From assembly GCA_963707985.1 (NCBI GenBank), contig CAVPRW010000010.1, positions 256,001 to 320,000 of the forward strand: a stretch of DNA of 64,000 bases, written 5' to 3'. This stretch comes from an uncultured Nitrospinota bacterium. Its GTDB lineage: Bacteria > Tectomicrobia > Entotheonellia > J063 > CAVPRW01. Positions 60,748 to 64,000 of this stretch are shown here, piece by piece (position 1 is the first letter of the stretch; each line of letters begins with the position of its first letter). The notes below the pieces were generated by a model, which did no database searches, was not told where the DNA came from, and saw nothing but the letters and a program-made list of their open reading frames with translations. A program made the translations under genes and the position numbers.

Positions 60748-61287
60748 CTACATGTCGCCGAGATATGGGCGCAGCAGTGTCAGCAAGGTTGACACCTTGC
60801 TATGCAGGTCGGCTTCTTCATCAGTGGACTCAGCGTCAACGCCAAGCACGACGTCGCAAACCTTGCGGTACAGCGGTTCACGCTGGCTCCACAGGGCACG
60901 CATCTCAGCTTCCAGGTTGGGCTGGTCGGTCAGGGGGGGGCGAGCATAGCTGCGTTCCAGACGCTTGGCGAGCTTGGCCGGATCAGCTGCCAGTAAGATG
61001 ATGATGCTGCTAGGCTTCAACACCTGGACATTGCGGGCAAACGTCAACGCTCCGCCTCCCGAGCTGATCACCGCCGCGCGCTGGCGGGCGACCTGGCGAA
61101 TCACCTGATGTTCAAGATCGCGGAACGCGTCCCAACCCAGGCGGCTCACGTATTGGGAGATTGGCTCGCCGATCTGTTGCTCAATGAGTAGATCGGTATC
61201 GAAAAACGGACGTGCCAACGTCAGGGCGAGGCGCCGCCCTATGCTGCTTTTGCCAGTACCGCGCAGGCCAGTCAGGATCAGGTTCAT
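60748..61287 (-). CDS. aroK: shikimate kinase
   Basis: LTGLRGTGKSSIG, FDTD, FRDLE, SSGGG, RPPL, REPLY. Confidence 0.93.
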   Translation of the reverse strand: MNLILTGLRGTGKSSIGRRLALTLARPFFDTDLLIEQQIGEPISQYVSRLGWDAFRDLEHQVIRQVARQRAAVISSGGGALTFARNVQVLKPSSIIILLAADPAKLAKRLERSYARPPLTDQPNLEAEMRALWSQREPLYRKVCDVVLGVDAESTDEEADLHSKVSTLLTLLRPYLGDM

Positions 61288-61369
61288 CGCATCAGTCTCG
61301 CTCTCCTGGCGCGAGAGGGACGGAGGAAGAGGAGCGACAGCTCGCCGACACGAATGACGCCACGGTGCC

Positions 61370-62641
61370 TCAGCCCCTGCGGTGCGGAGAGTACAGTGCC
61401 TGTAATTCCTCAAAAAACGTCGGATAACTCTTCGACACGCACTCCGGGGTGCCGATGCGAACGCCGGATACACGGGATCCCAAAATCGCAAAGCTCATGG
61501 CCATGCGATGGTCTGCGTAGGTTTCGATGTCCGCTCCATGCGGTTCTCCCCCCTGAATGCGGATGCCATCCGCCAACTCTTCCGCCTCGATGCCCATCCG
61601 ACGCAGCTCTGCCACCAACGCCGCCAGTCGGTTGCTCTCCTTGATCCGTAAATTGGCGACGTTGACGATGCGTGTCTCACCACGCGCCAGCGCAGCCAGC
61701 ACCGCCAGGGTCATGACTCCATCGGGGAGGCGATTCATATCGACGACGCCAGGGCTTTGCAGCCTACCAGGTCCCTGTACCGTCACCCCTTGCTGTCGCG
61801 TGACCGTACATCCCATACGCTCCAGGATGGGTAACAGCTCCATGTCCCCCTGATGCGAGGAGGGTTGGATATTTTTCACCGTGACACGACCTGCGGTCGA
61901 CGCAGCCAGCGCCCACCAATAGCCGGCTGATGTCGCATCGCCTTCGATCGCGAAATGGCGCCCCTGGTAGCGCTGCTGAGGAATATGGAAGCGGCGTCGA
62001 TCTGGGCGATCAACAAAGACACCGAAGGCTGCCATCACCTCGCGGGTCAATTCGATATAGGTTTCGGACACCATTTCGCCGGCCGCCTCGAGACCGATAG
62101 GTTGCCGTGCATAGGGCGCCACCATGAGGATGGCGGACAGGTACTGGCTGCTAAGATTGGCCTGGACCTGGCCGCGACCACCCGGTAGGACAGAGGATCG
62201 GATGGTCACAGGTGGGCAACCGTTGACGCACTCGATATCGACTCCGAGCCCCGTCAGGGCGTGCACGAGGTCATAGATCGGGCGTGTCTGCATGCGTTGG
62301 TCGCCAGTCACGACTTGTACTCCTGGCACCAGGGCACAAAACGCCGTCAGAAAACGCACTGTGGTGCCGGCATTGCCGCAAAATAACGATGCCTGCAGTG
62401 GGGGAAAGTGACCTCCCAAGCCCTCGATCTCGACCTCGTCATCCGAGGCCTGGAGCACAATCCCCAGCGTGCGCAGATGTGACATCATAAAGCGCGTGTC
62501 ATCACTATGGAGGACGTTGCTGAGACGGCTCTTGCCCTCGGCTAGGCTTGCCACCACGAGGGCGCGATTGCTCAGTGACTTCGAGCCAGGAACAGATACG
62601 GCGATGTCGATGGGAGCTTCGACAGGGGTAATCGGTAACAT
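61370..62641 (-). CDS. aroA: EPSP synthase
   Basis: PGSKSLSNR, GNAGTTVRF, SSQYLSAILM, RIKESNR, DHRMAM, CVSKSYP. Confidence 0.97.
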   Translation of the reverse strand: MLPITPVEAPIDIAVSVPGSKSLSNRALVVASLAEGKSRLSNVLHSDDTRFMMSHLRTLGIVLQASDDEVEIEGLGGHFPPLQASLFCGNAGTTVRFLTAFCALVPGVQVVTGDQRMQTRPIYDLVHALTGLGVDIECVNGCPPVTIRSSVLPGGRGQVQANLSSQYLSAILMVAPYARQPIGLEAAGEMVSETYIELTREVMAAFGVFVDRPDRRRFHIPQQRYQGRHFAIEGDATSAGYWWALAASTAGRVTVKNIQPSSHQGDMELLPILERMGCTVTRQQGVTVQGPGRLQSPGVVDMNRLPDGVMTLAVLAALARGETRIVNVANLRIKESNRLAALVAELRRMGIEAEELADGIRIQGGEPHGADIETYADHRMAMSFAILGSRVSGVRIGTPECVSKSYPTFFEELQALYSPHRRG

Positions 62642-62644
62642 GGG

Positions 62645-62745
62645 TAACCTTTGTATTGCGGGGCGCGCTTTTCGACAAAGGCGCGGGCACCCTCATTGTG
62701 GGCCTCGGTTTGCGTGCCAACGATCGGGGCCGAAGCGACATATTC
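62645..62745 (-). pseudogene. enoyl-CoA hydratase C-terminal remnant
   Basis: TEAHNEGARAFVEKRAPQYKG is typical of crotonase C-termini. Confidence 0.45.
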
Positions 62746-62775
62746 GAGGAAGGCGTGGCGATTCGACACCATCGC

Positions 62776-62804
62776 ACTATAGTCAGAGGGCCAATGGATG
62801 TCAA
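62776..62804 (-). promoter_or_regulatory. promoter for aroA-aroK
   Basis: Minus strand TTGACA, 17-nt spacer, TATAGT. Confidence 0.6.
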
Positions 62805-62836
62805 TCAGCATACTCTCCCACGGGTCGAGAATGTCG

Positions 62837-62865
62837 TTGACAAACGGCATGATTGGCCCTAGCTT
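62837..62865 (+). promoter_or_regulatory. divergent promoter for panC
   Basis: TTGACA, 17-nt spacer, TAGCTT. Confidence 0.5.
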
Positions 62866-62988
62866 GAGGTGTAAAGGCTCGGACGGACTGTGCATCCGTG
62901 GATGGTGTGCTGTGCAGGAGGTCGTCGGCACCGTCCACGCCTTTGGACAACAACAGGGTGAAGGGCAACTCGACGAGGGAAGGCGGCT

Positions 62989-63840
62989 ATGCAGGTGCTC
63001 AGGACGATTGCCGAGCTCTCCCGCTGGCGTGCAGGTGCATCACCTCCGGTTGGCCTTGTGCCGACCATGGGGTATCTACATGCAGGGCACCTGTCATTGG
63101 TTCGACGAGCTCGATCTGAGAACGACAGCGTGGTGGTGAGCATCTTTGTCAATCCCACCCAATTCGGCCCACACGAAGACTTCCAGCGCTATCCACGCGA
63201 TCTGGACCGTGACCTCGACCTGCTTGACAGCGAGCAGGTCAATGCCATCTTCACCCCTGAGGTCGACGAAATGTACCCGCCCGGGGCATCAACGATGGTG
63301 GAAGTGGAAACCTTGACCGGCATCCTCGAAGGTGCGTCACGGCCTGGGCATTTTCGTGGCGTGGCGACGATCGTCTGCAAGCTATTTCATCTGGTGCATC
63401 CGGATCGCGCCTATTTCGGGCAGAAAGATTACCAGCAACTGCAAGTGATCCAGCAGATGGTCCACGACCTCCGGATGCCTGTCGAGGTGGTTGGTTGCCC
63501 GACTATCCGCGAGCCCGATGGGTTGGCTATGAGCTCGCGCAATGTGTATCTGCGTCCTGCTGAGCGGCAGGCAGCGGTTGTCCCGTCGCAGGCCTTGTCG
63601 CGAGCCATATATCTGTTCAACTGTGGCGTGCAGGATGGCGCCCGTCTACAGGCTGAAGTACGAAGCATGCTCGCCAAGGAGCCGCTGATCCGCATCGATT
63701 ACGTGGCGGTCGTGCATCCGCACACGCTACAGCCGGTGGTTTCAGTGGCTGCAGAAGGAGCAGTCATCTGTCTCGCCGTGTGGATCGGCCAGACGAGGTT
63801 GATAGATAATGTCCACATCATCGCTGCAGAAAGCTCATAG
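62989..63840 (+). CDS. panC: pantoate-beta-alanine ligase
   Basis: VPTMGYLHAGH, SIFVNPTQF, RPGHFRGV, FGQKDYQQ, GLAMSSRN, RLIDN. Confidence 0.98.
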   Translation: MQVLRTIAELSRWRAGASPPVGLVPTMGYLHAGHLSLVRRARSENDSVVVSIFVNPTQFGPHEDFQRYPRDLDRDLDLLDSEQVNAIFTPEVDEMYPPGASTMVEVETLTGILEGASRPGHFRGVATIVCKLFHLVHPDRAYFGQKDYQQLQVIQQMVHDLRMPVEVVGCPTIREPDGLAMSSRNVYLRPAERQAAVVPSQALSRAIYLFNCGVQDGARLQAEVRSMLAKEPLIRIDYVAVVHPHTLQPVVSVAAEGAVICLAVWIGQTRLIDNVHIIAAESS

Positions 63841-64000
63841 TTCGCTCCCCCAGGGCATAAGTCCTGAGAGAGTTTCGAACTGCGTCACGGTCTGGAGCCT
63901 TCATCCTCATATGCTGCTTCCAAGGCGATTGACGCGGGGGGTGGTGCCGTGCTGGGAGGCGGAAGTCCCATTGTGCAGGGCAGCACTTTTGGGGAGAGTA

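Overview
GC-rich bacterial chromosome segment. The IS repertoire and gene content loosely suggest Ca. Tectomicrobia/Entotheonella-like bacteria (inference only). Left to right: (1) 0.2-10.6 kb, a decaying defence-type island: a CusF-like gene; a promoter and ~230-nt leader carrying CRISPR-repeat-like hairpins; an orphan N-terminal half of Cas6 directly followed by a HEPN-MNT pair; an rve-type IS; three tandem HEPN-like (RxxxxH) genes, one in an integron-cassette-like context; and an RHH regulator + large N6 DNA methyltransferase + separate PD-(D/E)XK nuclease module, closed by an intact IS6. (2) 11.5-26.9 kb, a glgB-treZ-treY-glgE-treS/mak alpha-glucan/trehalose cluster with an encapsulated ferritin + family 1 encapsulin embedded between treZ and treY. 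(3) 27-37.5 kb, accessory genes including an orphan aprBA (AprB with Ser in place of the conserved Trp), a clear integron cassette with a 59-nt attC carrying higBA with a nonsense-inactivated toxin, and an ISL3 relic. (4) 37.8-45.6 kb, metabolic/core genes: VOC, SDR, MFS, nudC, a degenerate amidase, GerMN, rph, rdgB, tRNA-Pro/Arg/His. (5) 45.6-52.4 kb, an IS graveyard starting with an integrase relic at tRNA-His and containing a 171-bp MITE. (6) 52.7-64 kb: Zn-ADH-like gene, GT-C glycosyltransferase, an AOR operon, an ICL/PEPM-family lyase, aroK, aroA, panC. Many single-base frameshifts, including in otherwise intact enzymes, suggest assembly indel errors. All family calls come from motif recognition by eye, not database searches.
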